A stretch of DNA of 64,000 nt from the human T2T-CHM13v2.0 reference genome, Homo sapiens, in assembly GCF_009914755.1 (NCBI RefSeq), contig NC_060947.1. One strand, written 5' to 3'. Each line of letters begins with the position of its first letter. Position 1 is the first letter of the stretch. Positions 1-12,827 of the stretch are shown piece by piece. Under the pieces are notes generated by a model that searched no databases, was not told the DNA's origin, and saw only the letters and a list, made by a program, of their open reading frames with translations. The position numbers were made by a program, and so were the translations under genes.

Positions 1-466
<466 letters not shown>

Positions 467-469
467 TAC

Positions 470-1035
470 TTTGTTTATTTTCACATTGGGTTGTTAATCT
501 TTTATTATTGTGTTATAAGAATTCTTTGTATATTCTAGATACAAGTCCCTTATCAGGCATATAATCTACAAATATTTTCTTCCATTTTTTGTCTTTTCTC
601 TTTTTTGATAATGCTCTTTGATGCACAGTGGTTTTAAATTCTAATTAAGTAATATTTGTCTATATTTTCTTTGGTTGCTTGTGTTTTGAGTGTTATATAT
701 AAGGAACCGTTTCCTAATTCAAAGTACTGGAGATTTACTCCTATGTTTTTACTAAGACTTTTTATAGTTTCAGCTGTTATATTTAGGTTTATGGTCCATT
801 TTAAGTTTTTATATGCAGCGTGAGATAGCAGTCCAACTTCACTTTTTTGCACATGCATATCTAGTCTTTCCACCACTGTTCGTTGAAAACTCTGTTGTTT
901 TCCTCATTGATTTGTCGTAGCACCCTTGTTGCAAATCCATTTACCATGAATATAATGTTTTATTTCTGGACTCTCAATTCTGTTCTATTGATTTATATAT
1001 GCCTATCTTTATGTTAATGTAACATTGTCTTTATT
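470..1035 (-). mobile_element. Old L1M fragment (ORF2 3' region)
   Basis: ORF 634-876 resembles L1 ORF2 C-terminal region (KTQATKENIDK); T-rich L1 antisense motifs. Confidence 0.8.
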
Positions 1036-1149
1036 TAGCTTTTAAAAAATTTTTCATCCATTTTATTCCACTTTGCACACATAGTATTTTCAGAATAATA
1101 ATGCTAACACTACCACCTACTATATAATTACTAAAAAGAGTTTAAGAGG

Positions 1150-1432
1150 TTTTTTTTTTTGAGACGGAGTTTCACTCTTGTTGCCCAGGATGGAGTGCAA
1201 TCTCCAGGTGCGATCTCAGCTCACTGCAACCTCCGCCTCCCAGGTTCAATGGATCCTGCCTCAGCCTCCCGTGTAGCTGGGGTTATAGGCATGTGCCACC
1301 ACGCCCAGCTAATTTTGTATTTTTTAGTAGAGACAAGTTTCACCATGTAGACCAGGCTAGTCTCCAAGTCCTGACCTCAGGTGATTTGCCCGCCTTGGCC
1401 TCTCAAAGTGCTGGGATTACAGGCATGAGCCA
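1150..1432 (-). mobile_element. AluS-type element
   Basis: gagacggagtttcactcttgttgcccagg...ctgggattacaggcatgagcc. Confidence 0.92.
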
Positions 1433-1439
1433 CATTGAG

Positions 1440-1692
1440 AAGAAGAGAGTATCATACAAAGATGTGATGTTGGAATAAGAGTAAGGGAAATGCAAGGCAA
1501 GTGACTTGATTCATTGGCTTTAAATACGGATAAACGAGATGATGTACCAAAGAATGTGGGCAGACTTTAGAGCTAGAGAAGGCAAAGAGACAGATTTTTC
1601 CCTTAGGGCCTCAATACCACCCTGCTGATACATTGATTTTAGTTCAATGATACCCATGTCAGACTTCTGACTTACAGACCTGTAAGATAATT
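1440..1692 (+). mobile_element. MLT1-type MaLR LTR fragment
   Basis: gaaggcaaagagacagattttt...gacttctgacttacagacctgtaagataa resembles MLT1 LTR. Confidence 0.65.
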
Positions 1693-2081
1693 TTGGGGGA
1701 TTTTTTGTTTTTGTTTTTATTTCAGTACTTTCTGGGGTAATTGGTGGTTTTTAGTTACATGGATAAGTTCTTTACTGATGATTTCTGAGATTTTGGTGCA
1801 CTCATTACTTGAACAGTGTACACTTGAACAGTCTACCCAGTGCATAGTCTTTTATCCCTGAGTATCTCCCCACCATTCCTCCTGAGTCCCCAAAGTTTAT
1901 TACCTCATTCTTACGCCATTGCATCTTCATAGCTTAGATCCCACTTATAAGTGAGAACATACAATATTTGGTTTTTTATTCCTGAGTTATTTCACTTGAA
2001 ATAATGGTCTCCAACTCCATCCAAGTTGCTGCAAATGCAATTATTTCATTTTTTTTTTTACAGCTGAGTAGTACTCCATAG

Positions 2082-2362
<281 letters not shown>

Positions 2363-5231
2363 CTATACCACATTTTCTTTATCCACTCGTTGGTTGATGG
2401 GGCATTTCAGTTGGTTTCGTATTTTTGCAATTGTGAATTGTGCTACTATAAACATGTGTGTGCAAGTGTCATTTTCATATAATGACTTTTCTCCCTTTGG
2501 GCAGATAACCAGTAGTGGAATTGCAGGATTGAATGGTAGATCTACTTTTAGTTCTTCAAGGTATCTCCACACTGTTTTCCACAGTGGTTGCACTAGTTTA
2601 CATTCCCACCAATAGGGTAACAGTGTTCCCTTTTCACCATATCCGTGCCAACATCTATTATTTTTTTATTTTTTGGTTATGGCCATTCTTGCAGTAGTGA
2701 GGTGGTATCTCATTGTAGTTTTAATTTGCATTTCCCTGATAGTGATGTTGAGAATTTTTTCGTGTTTGTTGGCCAATTGTATATCTCTTTTTGATAATTT
2801 TCTTTTCATGTCCTTAGCCCATTTTTTGATGGGATCATTTTTTTTTCTTGCTGATTTGTTTGAATTCCTTGTAGATTCTGGATAATAGTCCTTTGTGAAA
2901 TGCATAGTTTGTGAAGATTTTCTCCCACTCTGTGGGTTGTCTGCTTACTCTGCTGATGATTTCTTTTGCTGCACAGAGATTTTTACTTTAATTTAGCCAC
3001 ATATATTTATTTTTGTTTTTGTTGCATTTGCTTTTGGGTTCTTGGTCACTAATTCTTTGCCTAATCCAATATCTAGAAGAGTTTTTCTGATTTTGTCTTC
3101 TAGAATTTTTATGATTTCAGTTCTTAGATACAAGTCTTTGATCCCTCTCGAGTTGATTTTTATATAAGGTAAGAGATGAGGATCCAGTTTCATTCTTCTA
3201 CATGAGGCTTGCTAATTTGTTGAATAGGGTGTCCTTTCCCCACTTTATCTTTTTGTTTGCTTTGTCAAAGATCAGTTGTCTGTAAGTATTTGGCTTCATT
3301 TCTGGGTTCTCTATTCTGTTCCATTTGTCTATGTGCCTATTTTTATACCAGTGCCATGCTCTTTTGGTAACTATAGCCTTGTAATATAGTTTGAAGTCAG
3401 TTAATGTGATGCCTCCAGATTTGTTCTTTTTGCTTATTATTGCTTTGGCTATGTGGGGTCTTTTTTGGTTCTATATGAATTTTAGAATTGTTTTTTTTCT
3501 AGTTATACAAAGAGTGGTTATGGTATTTTGATGGGAATTGCATTGAATTTGTAGATTGCTCTTAAGATTCTTTACTTTGTCTTGACTTTATATAACCTGA
3601 TGATTATGTGCCTAGGTGATGATCCTTTTGTGATGTATTTCCCAGGAGTTCTTTGAGCTTCTTGTATTTGGATGTCTAGATCTCTAGCAAGGCCAGGTAA
3701 CTTTTCCTCAATTATTCCCTCAAATAAGTTTTCTAAACTTTTAGATTTATCTTCTTTCTCAGGAATACCAATTATTTTTAGGTTTGGTTGTTTAACATAA
3801 TCCCAAATTTCTTGGAGACTTTGTTCATTTTTTTGTTTGTTTTTTTTTTGTCTCATTAGGTTAATTTGAAAGTTTTTTCTTCAAGCTCTGAAGTTCTTTC
3901 TTCTAATTTTTCTAGGCTATTGTTGAAACTTTTCCCGGCATTGTGTATTTTTCTAAATGTGTCTTTTATTTCCCAAAATTGTAATTTTTTAAAATGTTAT
4001 CTATTTCTTTGGAAATTTTTTATCATATCCTGTTTTTTTTTCTTAGCTTTTTTTAAGTTGGTTTAACCTTTCTCTGATATCTCCTTGAGTAGCTTAATAA
4101 TTAACTTTCAAAATTCTTTATCTGACAATTTAGAGATTTCTTCTTTGTTTGGATCCATTGCTGGTGGGCTAGTGTGATCTTTTTGGTGTCTTACAGAACT
4201 CTGTTTTGTCATGTTATCAGAATTTCTTTCCTGGTTTCTTCTTATTTGAGTAGACTATTTCTTCAAATTGTTATTTATTTTTGATTGGAGTGTTTTTTTC
4301 TAATTTAAATGTTTTCCCCTCTTAAGTATCAGACTTTAATATTTTTTTCAGCCGAATTTGATTCTTGGTGCTTGAAGGGGTGAAGATTCTTGTTGTGTTC
4401 CTTAGTTATACAGTGTCTTTGTGCACTGGATTTCCCTGATGCTGCTTGTAGTAGTTACATTCTTGGTGTGTGGCTGAGTTCACCGTCTCCTATGGAGCTG
4501 ATTGGCAGGGATAGCTTGAAGGTTTTCTCATTCTTTCATGATGTACATTTTATTTATTTAGTTAGTTATTTTCCAGTGTTTTATTTACTAAGTTGATGAT
4601 TCGGGCTTCAGGCTTATACGGGCAGTATCCCTGTGTAGGCACCAGTTGTGTCTAAGGCAGGTGGGTAGATATAATACCCACTGGTGGGTCGAGGTCCCAG
4701 CCTTGATGAGGGTGGCTGAGGAGCTTTCAGTTAGATGTGCTGAAGTTTTATCAGGGTGAAGAATGGGAGCTACCTCAGCTCCACTGCCAAGTCACAGGAA
4801 AAGCTATTCACTTCATAGCCTCACTCTTGTCCTAGTGTTTCAGCGATTCAAATCAGACAGACACCTCTTTTTAGCTACAGGAATGTTGATGTTTCAAATA
4901 GGGAGGAATTGTGACTCTGCCTCTCATGTAGGCGTGAATCTGGGGGATGCTGCCTCTGTGGGGCTGCACTTACCCTGGACTGTTCCAGAAAGGCTGTCTA
5001 TAGGTACCTTCATGCTGCATTTTTGTGGAGGAAGCCCCAGTTGTGTCTGCAGTGGAATGCCAGGGGGAACAAGGGCCCCTTCTCCAAGGCCCTTCATAAT
5101 CATAGAGGCTGCTTTACTGTTGGAGAATAGGTACAGACTTTTCTTACTGCACCCAACACCGCAATTGTGTCTCTACTATGAGAAACTACCCACCAGTAGA
5201 AATATCTGGAATTTAAGGCCTGCTGTTCAGA

Positions 5232-5534
5232 TTTTTTTTTTTTTTTGAGACAGAGTCTTGCTCTGTTGCTGAGGCTGAAGTGTAGTGGCATGATCTCAGC
5301 TCACTGCAAGCTCCGCCTCCTGGGTTCAAGTGATTCTTCTGTCTCAGCCTCCTGAGTAGCTGGGACTTCAGGCCTGTATCACCATGTCCAGCTATTTTTT
5401 TTTTTTTTTGTATTTTTAGTAGAGACGGGGTTTCACCATGTTAGCCAGGCTGGTCTTGATCTCCTGACCTCGTGATCTGCCCACCTCAGCCTCCCAAAGT
5501 GCTGGGATTACAGGCATGAGCCCCCGCGCCTGGC
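5232..5534 (-). mobile_element. AluS-type element
   Basis: Full dimer, flanked by direct repeat ctgttcagatt. Confidence 0.93.
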
Positions 5535-7414
5535 TGTTCAGATTATTTTGTACTATGGGGTGATCCCTTGATGTGGTGCTGTCCTCCTTACCCTAGGCAT
5601 GGGGCTTCCTGAGATCTGGACTGCAGTGATTGTTATTGCTTTTCTGGATCTAGCCATCCAGTGGGGCTACCAGGCTCCAGACTGGTGCTGGGGAATATCT
5701 GCAAAGAGTCCAGTGATGTTATCAGTCTTCAGGTCTCCCAGTTGTGGATACCAGCACCTGCTCTGGTGGAGGTAGCAGGGGAGTGATGTAGACTCTTTGA
5801 GAATCTTTGGTTGTAGATAGGTTTAGTGTGCTTGCTTTCTCAAATGCTGGTTATGCTAGCAGTGAAGTTGTCACATGGACAGACTTGGGACCTCTGATTA
5901 GCCAGGATGTTGCAGGCAGTGGTATTAGCTGTTGTTTTCTTCTTCCTGGGAGTAGTGTTATTCTGTCATGAGTTGCTGTAATGGCCTGAGTTAGTTGGCC
6001 TCCAGCCAGGAGGTGGCACTTTCAAGAGAGCACCAGCTGTGGTAATAGCAGTGGGATTTGAGCTTGCCTTAAGTTGGCCAGGGGAAGAATTCAGGTTTCT
6101 CAGCTGATGGGCAGGGCCATAAATCTCCCAGGGGTTTATGTCTTTTGTGTTCGGCTACCAGGGTGGCTAGAGAAATACCATTAGGTGGGGTCATGGTTAG
6201 AGGAGTCTGAGCTCAGACTCTCCTTGGGTAGGGCTTGTCATGGCCACTGTAGGGAGTGTTTAGGGGTGGTTCTCAAGCCAATAGGGTTATGTTTTAGAGG
6301 GGAGTATGGCTGCCTCTGCTGAGCAGTATGGTTCACTGTGGAAGTGAGGGATAGCTGATATCGAAAGGTCTCACCCAGCTCCCACACAGTTGGTGAGGCC
6401 AGTCTCACTCCTGCAGTGCCCCACTAACAGCACCGAGTTTAGAACCATGCAGCCTATGCATGAAACTCAGACCTGCCCCAGGCCATAAACTTCTCCACTG
6501 AGAAAGCAAGTACAGATTTCAGGCCTACTTGTCTGCTTGCAATGCTGGCAGCTCCTGCACTTGTATCTGCAGCTCCTGCACTGTATCTTCCCCTTAACCC
6601 CCAGGGTTCTGCTCAAGGGAGTTCATGCCCACTTGAAATTATCACAAAATTCAGTTGGAAGTTTCTTTCACCTGTGACTCTTCCCTAATTTTGCTTGCTG
6701 CTTTCCCTGAGGGCCCCTGAGAGATATGGTCAGGAATGGTTTCTCTGGGTTCGCGCTGGAGTCTGGGAGTGCCTACAAGGCTCTTCCCACTGTGGTCTGT
6801 ACTTTTATATTTCACATGGCTCCCTAAATCTGTTCCAGCTATAGGTAAGATTAAATACTTCTCTCATGATCTGGATTTTCAGATTCCCTAGTGGAGGTGT
6901 GTATTTGGAGGCAGGTTTTACCCCTCTCATACTTTGGGAACTCACAGCTTTTCACCTGTCTTGTGGAGTTTGCGGCAACATGCTGTTTCTTTCAAAGAAT
7001 CTCTGAATTCTTTTGTTTTTTTTTTTGGTACATTCCTGTGAGGTTTCTTGAAACAAAATTCTAGTGTCGCTTTATAGTATGGTTGTTTGGTTGTTTTTCT
7101 GGGGAGAAGATCCATGGAGCTTCTCATAGTGCCATTCTTGTCACCCAATTTCTTAACTGTACACTCTGCTGCCTTTTGAGGTGGGGGGAGAATAGAAATT
7201 TTTAATTTTTTTTCTTAATGAGAATTTGAAGGTGGAATAACTTTGATGTGTTCAGGATTTTGGAGAAAAACTGTGGAAATTCTGATTGTAATAGAAATAT
7301 TAAAAGGATTATTCATCTTAAAATTGCTTTTCTGTAAATGTTTTTCTATGCTCAGTCTTAAGCTATAAAATTTTAACACACAAAGCACTTAATTTGTCTT
7401 AACTGAATTAGTTG

Positions 7415-7990
7415 GATGTTCACTGTATCAGGATTGGGATTTGTTACAAGACAGAATACCCAAGGTAATAGTGATTTAAACATGACAAAATTTACTTTCT
7501 CATGTAAGTGAAATGAGATGATAAGCATTCTAGGTCTGGTATAGCAGCTCTACCATTATCCAGGAAATATTCTCCTGTGTTGTACCTCTGCTGTTTTCAA
7601 CAATTCACTTCTGCTTCATAGTTGAAAAGAGCTGTTCCACTCTAGCCATCACAAATAATTTTTAAAAATATTTGATCAGCTTTATTAGGATAACATTTAC
7701 ATAGAATAAGATTCACCAATTTTAAATGTACAGTTCTGTGAATTTTGGCAAGTGTATAAAGTTGCATAACAAATAATTTGTATCCAGCTGGAAGAAGGAA
7801 GTGGTGGGAGGACACTTTTATTCTCATCCTGTTGGACAGAACTTAGTCATGAGTCCATACCTAGCTGCAAAAGATTCTGGAAAATATAGTCTTTCCTTAA
7901 GATGGCCATGTCTCCAGCTAAAAACCAAAGGTTCTATTTCTAAGAAGAAAGTGGAGAAAGGATACTGAGGAAGAAGTAACCTCAACCACA
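7415..7990 (-). mobile_element. Ancient MLT1-type LTR (interrupted by a small L1M piece at about 7670-7775)
   Basis: agaacttagtcatg...cctagctgcaaaag...ggccatgtctccagctaaaaa motifs of old MLT1. Confidence 0.6.
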
Positions 7991-8074
7991 GTCAGTAATA
8001 AATTATTTGAATTGCTGGCTTTTTTTCCCTGAATTCACTCTCATCAGCCTATTAAGACAAAACACCCATTTTCT

Positions 8075-8451
8075 TTTTTTTTTAACTTTTATTTTAAGTT
8101 CAAGGATACATGTACAGGATGTGCAGGTTTGTTACATAGGTAAATGTGTGCCATGGTAGTTTGCTGCACAGATCACTCCATTACCCAGATATTAATCCCA
8201 GCATCTACCAGCTATTTTTCCTGATCCTCTCTTTCCTCCCACCCGCTGCCCTCTGACAGGCCCTAGTGTGTGTTCCCCCCTCCATGTGTCCATGTATTCT
8301 CATCATTTAGCTTCCACTTATAAGTGAGAACATGCAGTATTTGGTTTTCTGTTCCTGCATTAGTTTGCTAAGGAGAATGGCCCCCAGTTCCATCCATGTC
8401 CCTGCAGAGGACATGACTTCCTTCCTTTTTAGAGCTGCATAGTATTCCAGG
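8075..8451 (-). mobile_element. 5'-truncated L1PA 3' end
   Basis: L1PA 3'UTR; perfect 16-bp TSD aaaacacccattttct at 8059-8074 and 8452-8467. Confidence 0.93.
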
Positions 8452-8929
8452 AAAACACCCATTTTCTGTGGAATGTAAAAATCCGTTTCCCCCACCTTTA
8501 GACAGAACACAAATTTGGTATAGAGATTCTTTATACCATTTTATGAAAAATATTATAGTTAATGATTTTGATTTTTAAAGGGTGTGGACATTCATAAATA
8601 TACCAGAGAGTGTTGGTGGATTAACCAGCAGCTAGCATATACTTATTTAGCACCAAGTAATTGCCTGGTTCCACAATAAGTGCACATATATGTTAGAGGA
8701 ATGAGATTAATATGAATGAAATGACTGCAGAAAAATAAAAATTATATTTCCTTGGCATTTACCATGTATTACCTCATTTTATAGCTATCTGTATATCCTA
8801 TATCTTGTCTTTGAACTCTGACTGTTAAGGTCTCACATGATTCATCATCTTGAGCTCCTCAGCACCCAGCATAGTGTTTCATACATAGAAGGTGCTTAGT
8901 ATGTGTTCAAATGGAGGGACAAACCAATG

Positions 8930-10262
8930 AACTATAATTTACTATGTCAATTCAAAATTTGGGAATCCTCTCTAAGGTCTCCCTTTCTTACCCCTTATAT
9001 CCATATCCATTTCATCAATAAGCCTGGTTGCTTTAGCTCTAAAATATATCCAGAATCTATTTTTCATCACCCCTATTCTCACCACTCTAGTCTAAGCCAT
9101 CGTTATCCCTAACCTGTGTAGGGGTTCAGTCAGGCTGGTGAAGAAAATTTTAGTTACAGTAACAATAGCCACAAACCCTCTTGGAAGGCCTGAGAGTTTG
9201 CATAACTTCGGTAATAGATCTGACTGAAGGCAGCCTACTCCCTTTTCCTTTAGTTAAATAAATTAAAGTAGATACAAGGGAATGTGGGGGAGTTTCTCTA
9301 ACTAGCTTGTTTACTCATGTGGTCCTAAGACTAACTTTTGATCTACCGGTTGCTTAATTGCTTTCTACTCAGGAGGTTCACAATGTCAATTACCCTCCAG
9401 TGGTGTTGACTCAAGCCTTTGTCAATTAATCTTTACTGAATAAATGTGAGTCTCGCTGGTTGGTTGCCCCTCAACTGTTTACAACACTCTGCTGGGAGTC
9501 TGTAAGTGGTCTGGATGCTCAGCTGGACTGGCAAAGCAGAATATCTGTGTCAGTGCATGTTATTCATCCGTCATTGGGTCAGGGTCTGTGGGACAGACCC
9601 CCACAAACCTAGACTTCTGCAATAGCTTTCTAATTAATTTTCCCAATTCCATTCTTCTTTATAATCTTATCATAGTAGCTAGATTTGGCTTTTAAATGTA
9701 TGCATCAGATAATTTCACTGCCCTGCTTGAAATACTCTAACTTCCCAGTTTACTTAGAATGAAATCCAAACTCCTCACCGTATTTGACCCCAGGCCATCT
9801 CTCCAACTTCATCTCTTACTACTTTTCCCTTACTTATACTGCAGGCACACTAACTGTCTTTCCATTTTGACACCATGACTAATTCATGTATACATTAAGG
9901 CCTTTGTACCTCTGGTTCCCTCTGCCTGCAAGGCTATTACTGCAGATGTTTGTGTGTCAGACTGGTTCAAATGTTACTTTCTTACTGAGGCCATCATCAC
10001 ACAATCTAAATTAGCCAACCTGACTGAATCTCTGTCACATCACCCTACATTTTTTTCTTAATATTTATCACTATTTAATATATTGTTGTTTACTCATTTG
10101 CTTTGTTCATTCATTCATTATCTGTGTCCCTTCACTAAAACATAAGCTCCATGAGAGCAAGAACTTTATCTTTCTCAATGATGCATCCCTGATACTGAGA
10201 AAAAGTGCCCAGTACACAGGAGGCCCTCAATGAATATTAATTGAATCAATGAATGTTTAATG
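8930..10262 (+). mobile_element. L2 element (split by LTR at 9117-9605)
   Basis: Typical L2 3' region ending gtgcccagtacacaggaggccctcaatgaatatt...tgaatg. Confidence 0.75.
9117..9605 (+). mobile_element. Solo LTR, LTR22-like (HERV-K HML-5)
   Basis: TG...CA termini (tgtaggggttcagtcagg ... gacagacccccaca), AATAAA near 9439, 6-bp TSD aacctg/aaccta. Confidence 0.8.
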
Positions 10263-10300
10263 AACTAGAATGTATTGGACGTTTCTTATGTCATTGCCTA

Positions 10301-10694
10301 TGTATTAGGCCATTCTTGCATTGCTGTGAAGTTGTACATGAAACTGGGTAATTTATAAGAAAAGAGGTTTGGTTGGCTTACAGTTCTGTAGGCTGTACCA
10401 GAAGCACAGCATCATCTGCTTGCAATCATGGGGGAAGACAAAGAGGGAGCAGGTGCATCACTTGGTGAGAAGGGGAACAAGAGATAGAGTGTGTGTTGGG
10501 AAGTGCCACATACTTTTAAATGACCAGATCTCATGAGAACTCAGAGCAAGAGCTCACTTATCACCAAGGGGATGGCCCAAGCCATTCACAAGGAGTCCAC
10601 CCCCATGATCCAAATACCTCCCACCAGGCCCCACCTCCAACACTGGGGATTACAATTTAACATGAGATTTGGGTGGGATATCTAAACCATGTCA
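10301..10694 (-). mobile_element. MST-type MaLR solo LTR
   Basis: tgtattaggccattcttgcattgct...aaaccatgtca; 5-bp TSD gccta/accta. Confidence 0.85.
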
Positions 10695-10699
10695 ACCTA

Positions 10700-11410
10700 T
10701 GTTGTCATAAACCCAAGGATTGAGTTTCCAAGGAAACAGACTCTGAGATGGCATTTAAACTATTAGGAGTACTCTTACATTCAAAACCTATGGGAGAGAG
10801 AGGAAAGAAGCAAAAATGGGCTGAGGGAGAAGGTGAGCTGTAGGCCCAACAATAACTTTGGCTAACCCCACAGGGAGATCTGGAGATGTAAATGTCCTTC
10901 GTAGCTTTCCCAAGTTGGGCTAGAGTGACTAGGCTCTTAAATCACCTCATGTGTCAGTCATTGGATATGGGCTGCCCCAGGAAGGATCATGACTTTGAAC
11001 AAGGTGACTCTCTGCATTTGAGGTAATCTCTGAAGGAGCTAATAGCTGAAGGATGTCTGCCAAAGTTTCTCCAGCAACTGGAACAGGTACTTCATTGGAG
11101 GGGGATCTGAGCAGTGCATCACAATGTGTATTGCAGTCTACCCCTTGTACCACCAATACCTAATTATTCAAACATGTTTTGGTGCAGGTCCTCCAGGATT
11201 CTGTGGACATCTCTTCCTGTGGAAAGCTTAGAGAAGGAACATTAGTGGGGTAAGAATTACCACTCTCACAGCTGCAGGTGGTTTTAGGGATGCAACTGAT
11301 GTTTATCATCTCCCTCCTCCACTATTAATTCTAGATTTCCCTCAACTTCAGCTAGCACTTGTGCTGGTCTTGGTTGCTTACATTGTGAGTCACACTTTCA
11401 ATCCTGAGGG
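10700..11410. mobile_element. Old ERVL-class LTR plus probable internal remnant
   Basis: ggaaacagactctgagatgg...gggctgagggagaaggtgagctg resembles ERVL LTR families; subfamily and strand not resolved. Confidence 0.5.
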
Positions 11411-12325
11411 GATAACTTGGTGGTGTCTCAATGTGTTCACCATTAGTATATTCCATCTGAGCACTGTAGACCTTTTTAAATTGTGATACAGTGCCTCAGT
11501 GGTTAGCTCAAGGCATGCTTGCCCTTTATTGGGCAGAGGAAAACCATTTCAAAGTGTTTTCTTTACAATATGGCAGCAGGTACAGCCTTGGAATTGAAAA
11601 GCTAAATGTGTCATTGAAACAAATTGAAAGTTGATGAATTTTTTATATAAATGTTTTCAGGTGCTGTAAGAAAACTGCCCATGGCTCCTTTCCCAGCATA
11701 ATAAGGTAAGAAGAAAATATTCAAACTCCCAACTAGCATGGTCAAAAATATGCAAAGCCTATTTAAGGCTTCATTTAAACTCTGAACTTAAGGTAAGTGG
11801 AATGCCTCAAAAAGACTATCAATCTCATGTTTCTAAATTGTTAAAATTTTACTATGTCTGGATTCTAATTACTTTTTGCTATTTGAAAATTATTTCTCTT
11901 TTCCTAGCAGAAATATGCCCCATCTGTATTTGAAAATTAACTTGTGTATTCTTTGTTGATTTATAGAGAGCTTTTTCACTTGATTTCTGGGTGCCAGCAT
12001 CATCAGAAACTTTATCTCAGCAATGGGAAAAACTAAGGTGCTTAATCAGCGAGTTTTCCTGTTAGAACCCCAAAGGAACAGTGGGCCCAATAACAGACTC
12101 AGAGTCACCTTAAGGCAGATTGTATCATAGCATATATTACATGCACTTTCTTTGTGCAAGACACACTTTTTCAGTGTCGCCAATGAAGTCTTCCAATGAA
12201 GACTTGATTGCATTGTGTCCCCCTTCCCAACCCACCCTACCTCACCACAGCTCACTAGACACCACATGCCTGAATTTCAAAGTCCCTTGTTGATACTATT
12301 TTTTCTTCCTTTCCTGTACTCATTC

Positions 12326-12630
12326 ATTTTTTTTTTTTGAGGCAGAGTCTTGCTCTGTCGCCTAGGCTGGAGTGCAGTGGCATGATCTTAGCTCACTGCA
12401 ACCTCCGCCTCCTGGGATCAAGCAATTTTCTGCCTCAGCCTCCTGAGTAGCTGGGATTACAAGTGCCCACTACCACGCCCAGCTAATTTTTTGTATTTTT
12501 AATAGAGACAGCTAATTTTTTGTATTTTTACCATCTTGGCCAGGCTGGTCTTGAACTCCTGACCTCGTGATCCACCCGCCTCGGCCTCCCAAAGTGCTGG
12601 GATTACAGGCGTGAGCCACCATGCTCGGCC
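12326..12630 (-). mobile_element. AluS-type element with internal duplication of the linker
   Basis: Full dimer; cagctaattttttgtattttta occurs twice (12480, 12509). Confidence 0.92.
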
Positions 12631-12649
12631 TCATCTCCTCTTAATAAAT

Positions 12650-12826
12650 AATAGTAATAGTACCTATAAATATTGAATGCTTACTGTGTGCTAGGCACTT
12701 TGCCAAGTGCTTTACATGTATTGAATCATTCAATTCTCCCAGCAACTTTGGGGTAGGTGGCAGTGTTATCCCCGTTTCACAAATGGGTCAACTATGGCAT
12801 AAAAAGGTTATATAACTTACCTAAGG
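12650..12826 (-). mobile_element. MIR
   Basis: tattgaatgcttactgtgtgctaggcact...tatcccc gtttcacaaatg MIR core, reverse. Confidence 0.75.
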
Positions 12827-12827
12827 T

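Noticed and set aside
4763-5248. 161-aa ORF
   Set aside because: Antisense to the L1PB 5' region and ends in an Alu tail; no domain recognisable.
6548-6590. Short tandem duplication gcagctcctgcact(t)gtatct, and acttgaacagt near 1807
   Set aside because: Ordinary slippage duplications inside L1 sequence.
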